Assembly (NCBI GenBank): GCA_043739185.1
Contig: JAYUEN010000086.1
Location: forward strand, 1 to 20,401
Length of the DNA: 20,401 nucleotides
Reading direction: 5' to 3'
Source of the DNA: Bdellovibrionales bacterium
GTDB lineage: Bacteria; Bdellovibrionota; Bdellovibrionia; Bdellovibrionales; JAMPXM01
Under the pieces are notes generated by a model, which had not been told where the DNA came from, did not search any database, and worked only from the letters and a program-made list of their open reading frames with translations. This document shows positions 1 to 8,516 of this stretch, piece by piece. The position numbers and the translations under genes were made by a program. Each line of letters begins with the position of its first letter. Position 1 is the first letter of the stretch.

Positions 1-462
1 GCGATGGGAATATTAAATGATCAAATTCGCCATCAAATAATTGCCGGTCGGGTTCTTTCAATTGAAAAGCAAAAACTAAATCTCTGTTTGCAGTTAACCT
101 ACCGAGGTAAAGTTTTTTCGCGCCAATACGACCAAATTATTTATGCGACAGGATTTGATCAAGTCGCGACATTAAGAAGTCTGTTTACTCCAAACGCAAT
201 TGCGGCTCTTGAGCAAGCCCTTGGCTCTCCGTTAAATCAACTCAAAATAGCGGAACAGATTCAAGAGGACCTGTCGGTAAAGGGTATGAAGGCAGCACTT
301 CACCTCCCAATGCTTGCTGGCCTTATGCAGAGGCCGGGATTTGCAAATCTCAGTTGTCTCGGAAGACTTTCAGATCGCGTAATTACAAATCCGGCGCGCG
401 AAATACTTCAGAAATCAAAAAGTGCAATCGATCGGCTCGCGCTCGTAAAGGTGAATTTATGA
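1..462 (+). CDS. FAD/NADPH-dependent lysine/ornithine N-monooxygenase (SidA/IucD/PvdA family, MbtG-like), C-terminal part; 5' end lies outside the window
   Basis: The frame is open from base 1. It contains the 'YDQIIYATGF' (ATG) motif of class B flavin monooxygenases. The C-terminal 'LHLPMLAGLMQRPGFANLSCLGRLSDRVI' closely resembles, from memory, the MbtG-type 'QGPGFPNLSCLGLLSDRVL' signature. The TGA stop overlaps the next ATG (ATGA 459-462). Confidence 0.75.
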   Translation, partial: AMGILNDQIRHQIIAGRVLSIEKQKLNLCLQLTYRGKVFSRQYDQIIYATGFDQVATLRSLFTPNAIAALEQALGSPLNQLKIAEQIQEDLSVKGMKAALHLPMLAGLMQRPGFANLSCLGRLSDRVITNPAREILQKSKSAIDRLALVKVNL

Positions 463-1088
463 ATGAAATTATTTTTGTAGACAAAAACTCACAAATTGAA
501 ATTGAAAATCTACGAATGAGTGAGTATGCGAAGGCGAGTGGCTTTGAATTAGATCTTAATAGTTTAAAATGGAAAAGCTCAGATAATGATAGTTATATTA
601 TGGCCGCCAAATCTAAAAATGAAATCGTTTCAACCATGAGGGGCGAAATCATTTCAGATCTTTTACTGCTTGAACATAAACTCGAATGCCCGTGGAGTTT
701 TTCTGAAAAAATAGATTTGCCCGTACTCTTATTGAGTCGTGCCGCAACTTTGAGTAGCTATAGAAATGCAGGCCTCAATCTGGTTTTACGTTACTGGTTT
801 TTACAACTCGCAATGGCCCATAATATTCAATTTGTTATCGGGACCTTTGTTTCTGGTTCTCCTCGCGAAAATACTTTACGTGAAATGGGCTATCAATTTT
901 ATCAAAATGATTTGGGCTGGCAGCAGTCGAGTTATCGCTCGCTACGTCCTGTGATTGTGGCAGCACTCAATTTAAAGACACACGGCGAACAAGCACTTGA
1001 ACACTGTCAGACAACCGCAAAATCTACATTAGTAAATTACAAATTCGCCTCAGAATTTCCTGAACTGCGAATCGTGAGGAGTTTATGA
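459..1088 (+). CDS. GNAT-fold N-acyltransferase (resembles the acyl-homoserine-lactone synthase / N-acyl amino acid synthase branch)
   Basis: Start moved to ATG 459 because of the AAGGTG Shine-Dalgarno-like sequence and the ATGA overlap with the upstream stop. It has a GNAT motif A-like 'LLLSRAATLSSYRNAGL', an N-terminal 'IENLRMSEY', the strand 'IVSTMRG' and a motif B-like 'TLREMGYQF'. Confidence 0.6.
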   Translation: MNEIIFVDKNSQIEIENLRMSEYAKASGFELDLNSLKWKSSDNDSYIMAAKSKNEIVSTMRGEIISDLLLLEHKLECPWSFSEKIDLPVLLLSRAATLSSYRNAGLNLVLRYWFLQLAMAHNIQFVIGTFVSGSPRENTLREMGYQFYQNDLGWQQSSYRSLRPVIVAALNLKTHGEQALEHCQTTAKSTLVNYKFASEFPELRIVRSL

Positions 1089-1885
1089 CTCAAAAAGGTT
1101 CCTACCAATTTGAAAAGCTTGAGAGTCGAGAGCGAGAGGCCATATTCTTAGCGGAGCGCTCGCATCTTCGCATTGAAGGTTTTGATGACCTACTGATTAG
1201 ACATGGGCTTGCCACACAAGGCCGGGTACTTGAAGTCGGCTGCGCACAAGGCATTCGCTCTCGTCTTATTGCTGCTCAAAGTAGGCAGCTTCAAGTCATT
1301 GGCATTGATAGAAGTGATGAGCTACTCAATTTGGCCCACTTGCAGAGTCGGGGTATTGAGAATTTGTCTTTTCAAAAGGCCGACCTTTATGAACTAGGCT
1401 TTGCAGATGCGAGCTTTGATTTCATTTATGCACGGCTTGTATTTATGCATTTGTCCGAGCCCTTACGAGCTCTAAAAAGTTTAAAACGCGTATTGAAGCC
1501 AGGAGGTCGAATTCTAATTGAAGATGCCGATCGAGACTGTATGTTTTTTGAACCTGAGCCACCAAGCTTTTCTGATTTTTGGAGCAAGGTACAGGCAGGG
1601 CAACGCGCTCTCGGCGGCGATCCAAATATTGGGAGAAAATTGGCTTCATATTTTAAAGAGTCTGGCTTTGAACAAATTAAGATTGAGGCCCAACCAATTT
1701 TAGGCGAAGGAAAAGAAATTGAATTTCTGGTGCGCACCTTGATGCCCAGTTTGAATAAATACCTTGATCCCGCGGATCGCGCAAAAGGTGCTGAGGCCAT
1801 TGAGGATCTATACCAATTGGCCCAAGATCCGAGGGCTCACTTTTATCATTTTTGGTTTGTTGTAAGTGCTTGCCAAAGTTCTTAA
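1085..1885 (+). CDS. Class I SAM-dependent methyltransferase (UbiE/Methyltransf_31-like)
   Basis: Motif I 'RVLEVGCAQG', post-I acidic 'VIGIDRS', 'SFQKADLYEL', motif II 'SFDFIYAR', motif III 'VLKPGGRILIED'. ATGA overlap with the upstream gene at 1085-1088. Confidence 0.9.
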   Translation: MTQKGSYQFEKLESREREAIFLAERSHLRIEGFDDLLIRHGLATQGRVLEVGCAQGIRSRLIAAQSRQLQVIGIDRSDELLNLAHLQSRGIENLSFQKADLYELGFADASFDFIYARLVFMHLSEPLRALKSLKRVLKPGGRILIEDADRDCMFFEPEPPSFSDFWSKVQAGQRALGGDPNIGRKLASYFKESGFEQIKIEAQPILGEGKEIEFLVRTLMPSLNKYLDPADRAKGAEAIEDLYQLAQDPRAHFYHFWFVVSACQSS

Positions 1886-1903
1886 ATTTGTTAAAATTAG
1901 TTT

Positions 1904-2620
1904 ATGAAAATTTCTAATAATTTATTCACTCATTTTACTTTTTCAGTAATGGCGGGCCTCGCGATTAATTTTAGTGCGCAAAAAGCTCAAGCGCAACTTG
2001 CGCTGAGCTGGTCCGAAGTGCGACTCTTCGCTAGTACAAATAGATTCGGTACAGCTCCAGATGGCCTTAATAGTTTAACCACAACTGATAAAGTCAATTC
2101 ACTCAGCGCTCTTAATGGGCTGGGCTTTGAAGCCGATTTTCATTTGCTTCCTTGGTTAAAAGGCGGCATTCGATATGCAGGAATTTGGACACTGATGACT
2201 CCAGACAATGCCCCAAATCCGCCCACTGCATTTTTGGCCGTGCAACAGACCAAATTTGGTCTTATCTTACGCGTACCGCTTGCTGAAAAAGATTGGTTGC
2301 GTTTTGATTTATTTGGCGAAGCCGGCAGCGCAAATACACATATCGACCTTCAAACTATTGGGTCTGGGCAAGGTACCTTTAGTAAAAATGGCAGTATTTA
2401 TGAACGGGCCGGCGCCTCATTAGGCATTGGATGGAAGTCGATGTATGTATTTTTTGAAGCGGCCCAAGAGTGGAATAATCTGGATGGCGTCAGTTTCGCC
2501 GGTAGCCTACCAAATAGTATTACAGCTATTGATCTTGGCGGAATGTATTATGGAGTCGGACTTATTTTTAGTGGCATTCCTAGCTGGGTAAAAATTGGCG
2601 GCTCAAAATCCGATAAATAA
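1904..2620 (+). CDS. Exported protein, probable small outer-membrane beta-barrel
   Basis: Signal peptide ending 'AQKAQA'. Several alternating amphipathic strands: LGFEADF, LKGGIRY, FGLILRV, LRFDLFGEAG, AGASLGIG, MYVFFEAAQEW, YYGVGLIF. Starts 18 bp after the methyltransferase stop. Confidence 0.6.
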   Translation: MKISNNLFTHFTFSVMAGLAINFSAQKAQAQLALSWSEVRLFASTNRFGTAPDGLNSLTTTDKVNSLSALNGLGFEADFHLLPWLKGGIRYAGIWTLMTPDNAPNPPTAFLAVQQTKFGLILRVPLAEKDWLRFDLFGEAGSANTHIDLQTIGSGQGTFSKNGSIYERAGASLGIGWKSMYVFFEAAQEWNNLDGVSFAGSLPNSITAIDLGGMYYGVGLIFSGIPSWVKIGGSKSDK

Positions 2621-2631
2621 CAGAATCCTGT

Positions 2632-5600
2632 TTAAGCTGCGGATCTATACTTATCAAGCTCCTTTACCACTTGAGAATACTCAGCCTCAAGTTCAGAAAA
2701 TTTCGCTTCAAGCGTATTTGGATTCGTCCGTGTTGACGCATCTAAACTCTCAAATGCGAAACACAGATCAGCCAAGCGAAGAGCACCCAAGTTAGCGGAG
2801 CTTGATTTGAGACTATGGGCAAGATTCGATACTTCCTTAAAATTTTTGATATTAAGTCCCAATTTAATTTTCTTTAAGGATTCATGGGCGGACTCCAAAA
2901 AGAGATCAATTAAGCCGGCCACAAAGCTGGGTTCACCTGGTCTTTGTAAGACTTGAAGATTTCGTATACTTTCTTCTGAAACCGCAGCCGGCGCATTTAA
3001 TGGTAGCTCTAATTTAAAAATCGATTCGTTGGCACTTTTCACTAGAGCCATCCACTTCTCAATGCTCTTAAATAGATTATCAAAGTTAACTGGTTTTGAC
3101 AGATAGTCATTCATTCCCGCTTCTAAACAGCGTTCGCGATCACCTTTTATCGCATTTGCAGTAAGGGCAATGATGGGTATTTTTGAGAGCTTTTCATTGT
3201 CAAGTAACCGAATTCTTTTGGTGGCCTCGTAGCCATCCAATTCCGGCATCTGACAATCCATCAGAATGATATCATAGTCGGTCTCGTTCAATTTCTGCAA
3301 AGCTTCAAGCCCATTTTCTGCAATATCAAAATCGTAAAATTGTTTCTCTAAATTGATGCAAATGACTTTTTGATTTACTTTATTATCTTCTACCACAAGA
3401 ATTCGCCCCCGCACCTGTGGCACTTCATTCGTTATTGAAGTCTTGAGATTGATATTTTTTTTCAATTGGTTCTCTATGGCATTTAATAATAAATCTTCTT
3501 TAACGGGTTTAGATAAGAAATCATTCATGCCTACCGCAAGGCACTTATCACTATCTTCTTTTAAATTGCTGGCCGACAAGGCTATGATAGGAATTTCATT
3601 TGCCCCGAGAGTTTGACTCTTTCGAATAATTTTCGTGGCCTCATAGCCATCCATTTCAGGCATTAAACAATCCATCAAAATGAGTTCGTACTTCGCCTCT
3701 CTTAGAGCATCGAGCACTTCATTGCCATTACCGACAGCGTGGGCTTGATAGCCAAATTTTCTTAGCGTCTCAAGCGCAATTTGCTGATTGATCCGATTAT
3801 CTTCTGCAACCAAAATTCGAGCGCCCTGAGTCGGCTGAATAAACCCATTCGAAACTTCTCGTTTAACAATTTGAGATCCTCTTTCAAGATTGATTTCAAA
3901 CCAAAAAGTTGAACCCTTGCCAATTGCACTATCAACTCCAATTTGGCCACTCATTAAATTGACTAAATGTTTTGAAATTGAAAGTCCCAAACCAGTACCA
4001 CCAAATCGCCTGCTGGTACTCGCATCGGCCTGCGAAAATGCTTGAAACATCCGGCCTAGAATTTCTTTTGGAATCCCAATTCCGGAGTCGACAACTTCAA
4101 AACGTAAAAGTGATCCACTGTCGTTCTCTTTAAGGGCGCGTACTTTAATTGCCACTTCTCCCTTCGAGGTGAATTTTACCGCATTGCTTATCAAGTTGGT
4201 CAATATTTGTCGAATGCGGCCAGGATCGCCCTTAAATAAGAAACTTGAATCTAGCTCATAGTTTAAGATGAGGGCGACTGATTTCTCTTGAGCATGGTAT
4301 AAGAGTGCCTTTTTCGTACCTTCAACAAGTTCGCTTAAATCAAATTCAATAATTTCGAGATCTAATTTTCCGGCTTCGACTTTCGAAAAATCTAAAATAT
4401 CGTTGATCACATTCAAAAGAGAATCGGAAGAGCGGCTGACGAGATCCGCATATTCAAACTGCTTTTTAGTAAGCTCAGTTGTTTTAAGTAAATTAGTCAT
4501 ACCAATGATACCATTTATTGGCGTGCGAATTTCATGACTCATATTCGCTAAAAATTGAGATTTGATCTTCGTCGCCTCTAAAGCCGCAAGGCGCTCCTCA
4601 TTGGCTGATAATTCTGCCTTTTTTAGCTCGGTAATATCTAAGCCGAAAATGAAAAAGCCGTCGGATACTCCGTTCATTCGATTGGGTCTGAGGCTTAATT
4701 TTACATATCTCACTTCATTATCGCACCTGCGAATCAAGTCACTTTCATAATCAATACTTTCACCGGCCATGGCTTTTTCAAACAACGCTTTTCGTTTTTC
4801 AAAAATTTGCGGCGGTAGAACTTCTTGCAGTGACATTTTTGACAACTTTTCAAGATCTATCCCCCACCACTTTGAAAAAGAATCGTTGGCAAATTTACAC
4901 TTAAAATCATTGTCCCAATGAGAAATCAAAGAAGGAACTGCATTTGCAATAGCGCCTAGCATATATTGAGTGCTTTCGAGTTTCATTTGAAAGGCTTTAA
5001 GAGCACTGATATCGATATGCACGCCAGTGACTCGCTTGGGCAGTCCGGCATCGTCCCGCTCGCTTATTTTACCTCGCGTGAGTACCCAGACCCATTCTCC
5101 AGAGACGTTTCGATAACGCGTTTCAACTTCATGACAGGGGGCCGCTCCCTGCAAATGTCGTTTAAGTGAATTCGCAACTTTATCGATATCATCAGGATGT
5201 GCGACTTTCTTTAAATCTTCTAAGCCTCGAATTTTTGAAATTTGTGGCCAGCCAAAATTTTTACAGATTTGATCACTAACGTACATTTCAGATTTTTCAA
5301 TATTCCAGTCCCAAACTCCGTCCGCCGAGCCATCAAGGGCATAGAGCAGTCTTCTTTCGCCCTCTTTGAATTTTTCTCTTGAAAAACTAAGCTCTTGAGT
5401 CAGTTCTTCGGCCATTGCTCGTGAGCGCTGACTTACCAAGCGAATACTTATTAGTAAATTTGTTAACAACAGACTTGCCAAGGCGCCACAAAGTCCTACC
5501 CAAGCAACAATCGTATTGTGAGGAGAAATATATTGTGGCGATTTGCGCCATTTTAAAGTCAAATTTCTTTGCCCAATTTCGAAATGAGAAATTGCTTTGA

Positions 5601-7290
5601 TGCCAAGCTCACTGCTTGCTGTTGAAAAGTTATCAAATAGACGAGTATCGCTTGGACCCTCATCCCCGTCAAAAACCCTGAGTTCAAGTTCATTTGTTGT
5701 CTTGGACAATATTGCACTAAAGAAATTTTTGCAAATAACCGGAGAGTAAACCCACCCAATGTGATTTTTTCGACGATCTTCGAGACTGACATTTACTGTA
5801 TTTTTTTTGTAAATTGGTAAAAGCAATAAAAATCCGGGGGTCTTCTCTTTATCCTGAACCAAAGTAAGTTTTGCAGTTGCAACGACCTTACCCGTATCTC
5901 TGGCTAATTCTGCTGCCGATCGACGAACTGGCTCGGAACCTATATCTAATCCACTTGCTTGCAAATTAGATTCAAGAGGTTCTAGATATTTTATGACATA
6001 TCTCAATTGATCATTACTTAAATATTGGGCGCCATCCTCACTCAGATATTTTACTTTGAAATTATTTAAGCCCTGATTGCGAATTTCCTTTTCAAAATTT
6101 GGAATTTGATTTTTTGCAACACTCCAAATAATTCCAATGCCCTGAACGCCAGGGTGAAGTTCAAAAATTTTGAGGGCCGCAATATAGCTACGCCAATCTT
6201 CATATTGAATATTCTTTGAGGCCGTGAAGAGACCTATTCCGCTTCTCAACGCCTCCTCATAAATTTCTTCTCTGCTCTTGAGATTTTCTTGAGTCTTCTC
6301 GATTAGAGCTGAAAAGTGTTGGTCACTTTTTTCTTGTTCTGAACGCTCAAAAGAGTGAAATATCGCTCCGGTTACCGCCCAAGACAAAAGCAAAACCAGA
6401 ACAGGAATCTTTGTTAATTTATTTTTTCCCAAAGCAGCGAGCATAAGGGCGGTAATACCGATGGAAGCCAGAAATAATTGCAAATGAATCAGTTTTTCAT
6501 TGGTCGTGCCACTGGCAAATGGGCCATAGCCTTTGAGCGTAGCAAAAATACACACGACATAAATGAATATTGAAAATAAAAAAACCAAGGACTTACTTAG
6601 CAAGCAAGCTGCAATCAACAAAATTGGAAAGAGTAAAAATAAGAACTGACTGCCAGTTGGCAGTGCGAAAACAAAATAAAAAATTCCGAGTGCAAGAAGT
6701 GACGTACCAAACAAGTTACTAACTCTTTCTTCTTTCAATGCACTCAACTTAAAATTACATAGCAGTGGACTGACAACTAGTCCGCCAAGAGCATCACCTA
6801 TCCACCAAGTAAGGAATACGGCACTCAGCATCTCTTTCGGCACCACATTGGCTAAAAATAAGCTTGTGGTGCCAATGGCGGCACTTATAAAGCTTGCGAA
6901 AACAGATGCCAACGCAAAGGCAAAAAGATCTGTCTGATATTCTAAACTCTTTCGATACGAATAAACTTTTTGAAGAATGAACGCTCCCGCAATGGCCTCA
7001 AGGGTATTGCCGATGGTGATTAATAGCGTCGCTAATAGTGGACCACCGGTCAGATAGTTAGCAGCAAAGGCACCTATTGCAACCGCTGGCCAAAAAGATC
7101 TGCCATACAAGAAAATGACTGAAAATGCAAAACCTGTGGCCGGCCAAACTGGCGAAACACTATGATTGAGTGTCGCAAGAATTAGGCCCAACCTTGCAAA
7201 GAGAAAATAGATGCCTGCAAAAAAGAGATTGAGTGCTATAAGCCGAAAGCTTGAGTGGGTATAAAATGTTTTCGCCTTTTTCAAATCCAC
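2632..7290 (-). CDS. Hybrid (unorthodox) sensor histidine kinase: MASE1-CHASE-PAS-PAS-HisKA-HATPase_c-REC-REC-Hpt
   Basis: GTG start preceded by AGGAG. MASE1: 'SPVWPATG', 'GNTLEA', 'WWIGDALG'. CHASE: 'YLEPLESNLQASGLD...RRSAAELARDTG...LVQ'. PAS: 'DGVWDWNI...HPDD'. H-box 'FLANMSHEIRTPINGIIGM' (His at 4534-4536). N/G boxes: 'QILTNLISNAVKFT', 'DSGIGI', 'GGTGLGL'. Two receivers: 'LMDCLMPEMDG' and 'LMDCQMPELDG'. Hpt 'AHSLKSSSANLGA' (His at 2815-2817). Confidence 0.95.
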   Translation of the reverse strand: MDLKKAKTFYTHSSFRLIALNLFFAGIYFLFARLGLILATLNHSVSPVWPATGFAFSVIFLYGRSFWPAVAIGAFAANYLTGGPLLATLLITIGNTLEAIAGAFILQKVYSYRKSLEYQTDLFAFALASVFASFISAAIGTTSLFLANVVPKEMLSAVFLTWWIGDALGGLVVSPLLCNFKLSALKEERVSNLFGTSLLALGIFYFVFALPTGSQFLFLLFPILLIAACLLSKSLVFLFSIFIYVVCIFATLKGYGPFASGTTNEKLIHLQLFLASIGITALMLAALGKNKLTKIPVLVLLLSWAVTGAIFHSFERSEQEKSDQHFSALIEKTQENLKSREEIYEEALRSGIGLFTASKNIQYEDWRSYIAALKIFELHPGVQGIGIIWSVAKNQIPNFEKEIRNQGLNNFKVKYLSEDGAQYLSNDQLRYVIKYLEPLESNLQASGLDIGSEPVRRSAAELARDTGKVVATAKLTLVQDKEKTPGFLLLLPIYKKNTVNVSLEDRRKNHIGWVYSPVICKNFFSAILSKTTNELELRVFDGDEGPSDTRLFDNFSTASSELGIKAISHFEIGQRNLTLKWRKSPQYISPHNTIVAWVGLCGALASLLLTNLLISIRLVSQRSRAMAEELTQELSFSREKFKEGERRLLYALDGSADGVWDWNIEKSEMYVSDQICKNFGWPQISKIRGLEDLKKVAHPDDIDKVANSLKRHLQGAAPCHEVETRYRNVSGEWVWVLTRGKISERDDAGLPKRVTGVHIDISALKAFQMKLESTQYMLGAIANAVPSLISHWDNDFKCKFANDSFSKWWGIDLEKLSKMSLQEVLPPQIFEKRKALFEKAMAGESIDYESDLIRRCDNEVRYVKLSLRPNRMNGVSDGFFIFGLDITELKKAELSANEERLAALEATKIKSQFLANMSHEIRTPINGIIGMTNLLKTTELTKKQFEYADLVSRSSDSLLNVINDILDFSKVEAGKLDLEIIEFDLSELVEGTKKALLYHAQEKSVALILNYELDSSFLFKGDPGRIRQILTNLISNAVKFTSKGEVAIKVRALKENDSGSLLRFEVVDSGIGIPKEILGRMFQAFSQADASTSRRFGGTGLGLSISKHLVNLMSGQIGVDSAIGKGSTFWFEINLERGSQIVKREVSNGFIQPTQGARILVAEDNRINQQIALETLRKFGYQAHAVGNGNEVLDALREAKYELILMDCLMPEMDGYEATKIIRKSQTLGANEIPIIALSASNLKEDSDKCLAVGMNDFLSKPVKEDLLLNAIENQLKKNINLKTSITNEVPQVRGRILVVEDNKVNQKVICINLEKQFYDFDIAENGLEALQKLNETDYDIILMDCQMPELDGYEATKRIRLLDNEKLSKIPIIALTANAIKGDRERCLEAGMNDYLSKPVNFDNLFKSIEKWMALVKSANESIFKLELPLNAPAAVSEESIRNLQVLQRPGEPSFVAGLIDLFLESAHESLKKIKLGLNIKNFKEVSNLAHSLKSSSANLGALRLADLCFAFESLDASTRTNPNTLEAKFSELEAEYSQVVKELDKYRSAA

Positions 7291-7335
7291 TACTGATTAA
7301 GCTCCTGAAATATGTTTATCTGAAGTTTCTCCATT

Positions 7336-7749
7336 TTATTTCGCAGCCTTTAGTTTCGAGTTTTTAGAGGCCAGTATTTTTTCGATGTGATTTAGCAAAT
7401 CAATTGGCGCAAAAGGTTTCACCAAATACTCGACTTCTCCCAGTTGATTAGATTTGGAGAGTTCTGAAGTCTTCTCTTTGCTAGACATAACTACAATTGG
7501 CAGATTCATTTTAAGACGTCTTACTTCTTTAATGAGTGCTACGCCATCTAGAACAGGCATAATGACATCTGTAATTAGTAGATCCGGACGAACTCCAGAG
7601 TGAATGAGCTCTAAGGCCCGCTCTCCGTCGACAGCACTCATGACACGATATTCGTGAACCTTTAAAATATAGGAAATCATTCGGGACTGATCTTTTTGGT
7701 CCTCTACGACCATAATTTGAAAATCGCTGTTTTTCGATGAAGTTGCCAT
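7336..7749 (-). CDS. Single-domain response regulator (CheY-like receiver)
   Basis: Acidic pocket 'IMVVED', phosphoacceptor 'LLITDVIMPVLDG', 'VVMSS' and 'YLVKPF', with no output domain. AAGGAG/GAGG upstream of the ATG. Its stop is 45 bp upstream of the hybrid kinase start on the same strand. Confidence 0.93.
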   Translation of the reverse strand: MATSSKNSDFQIMVVEDQKDQSRMISYILKVHEYRVMSAVDGERALELIHSGVRPDLLITDVIMPVLDGVALIKEVRRLKMNLPIVVMSSKEKTSELSKSNQLGEVEYLVKPFAPIDLLNHIEKILASKNSKLKAAK

Positions 7750-7955
7750 ATCTTATGCCTCACTCCTTAAATTTTCTAAGGCTCATACCCTCTCTTCGTC
7801 GGCAACTTAGCAATTTCAAATAACTCTCCAAAGGTGATGCTCAAGAGATCTTAACTCATTTTAAGCCGAAAGTCGGGAGCGACCAGCGTCTTGTTTTTCA
7901 GTTCATTGTGAGCCCTCAGCTTTGTTCGCATTTTTGTGATAAGCTAAACCTTCAA

Positions 7956-8486
7956 ATGTTTAAATATATCTTGGCAATATTCTTTTTGGTTGGTGCGACT
8001 CCAGTCCCTTTGGGTGGAGACCTAAAATCTGAATTTGAATTTGCCGACTATTTAGAAAAAAATTTAGAACACATTGACGAAGATTTGATCCTAAAACACA
8101 TTAATAATATTCGAGCTTTGGGAGAGGGCTCAATTTTAACGAGTGATGCTCGCGCGCAGATAGATTTGGCATTTGCTTTGGTTGCGGGCCAATTTGCCAA
8201 GAAAACCCACTCCCTTACCTATGGAAAAATGGCTTATGAAAAGCTGATTGAGGCTTTGCAACTTTCACCTCATGATCCGGCCATTGTGCGGTCTTATAGC
8301 GAGGCCGTGATTAAAATTGCCAACGGAAATTTTTTGGCAAGAAAAACAATTGAAAAAGGCATCGGTCTTACCATCCCAGATTGCGCCCGAGATGCTCAAA
8401 GATATATTGAAGCCTTGCCTATGCCCGCGGAACTAAGCGACGTCTATGTCATTCTAAAAAAATTAGACCCTAAGTCCGTAAAATAA
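7956..8486 (+). CDS. Hypothetical exported all-alpha protein, possibly TPR-like
   Basis: ATG 7956 gives a signal-peptide-like N-terminus (MFKYILAIFFLVGA); GTG 7908 is the alternative start. 'AYEKLIEALQLSPHDPAIVRSYSEA' resembles a TPR repeat end. The ORF fills the gap between two minus-strand units. Confidence 0.55.
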   Translation: MFKYILAIFFLVGATPVPLGGDLKSEFEFADYLEKNLEHIDEDLILKHINNIRALGEGSILTSDARAQIDLAFALVAGQFAKKTHSLTYGKMAYEKLIEALQLSPHDPAIVRSYSEAVIKIANGNFLARKTIEKGIGLTIPDCARDAQRYIEALPMPAELSDVYVILKKLDPKSVK

Positions 8487-8516
8487 TTTCAACTAATGAT
8501 CCCTTTTCAAGAGGCT

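Noticed and set aside
354..458. 35-aa N-terminal extension of the GNAT ORF in the ORF track
   Set aside because: It lies entirely within the monooxygenase gene. ATG 459 has an SD-like sequence and an ATGA coupling.
2619..2632. Small inverted repeat AACAG-aatc-CTGTT between convergent stops
   Set aside because: Only a 5-bp AT-rich stem, too weak to call a terminator.
7796..7872. Divergent GCCGA-type sigma28 (FliA) -10-like elements: GCCGACGA on the minus strand (7796-7803) and GCCGAAAG on the plus strand (7865-7872)
   Set aside because: Neither has a TAAA-like -35 element at the expected 15-nt spacing, so they are not supportable as promoters from sequence alone.
8487..8516. Possible terminator between the convergent orphan gene and yfaP
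   Set aside because: Only a short imperfect stem (ccttttcaagagg) with no convincing U-tract.
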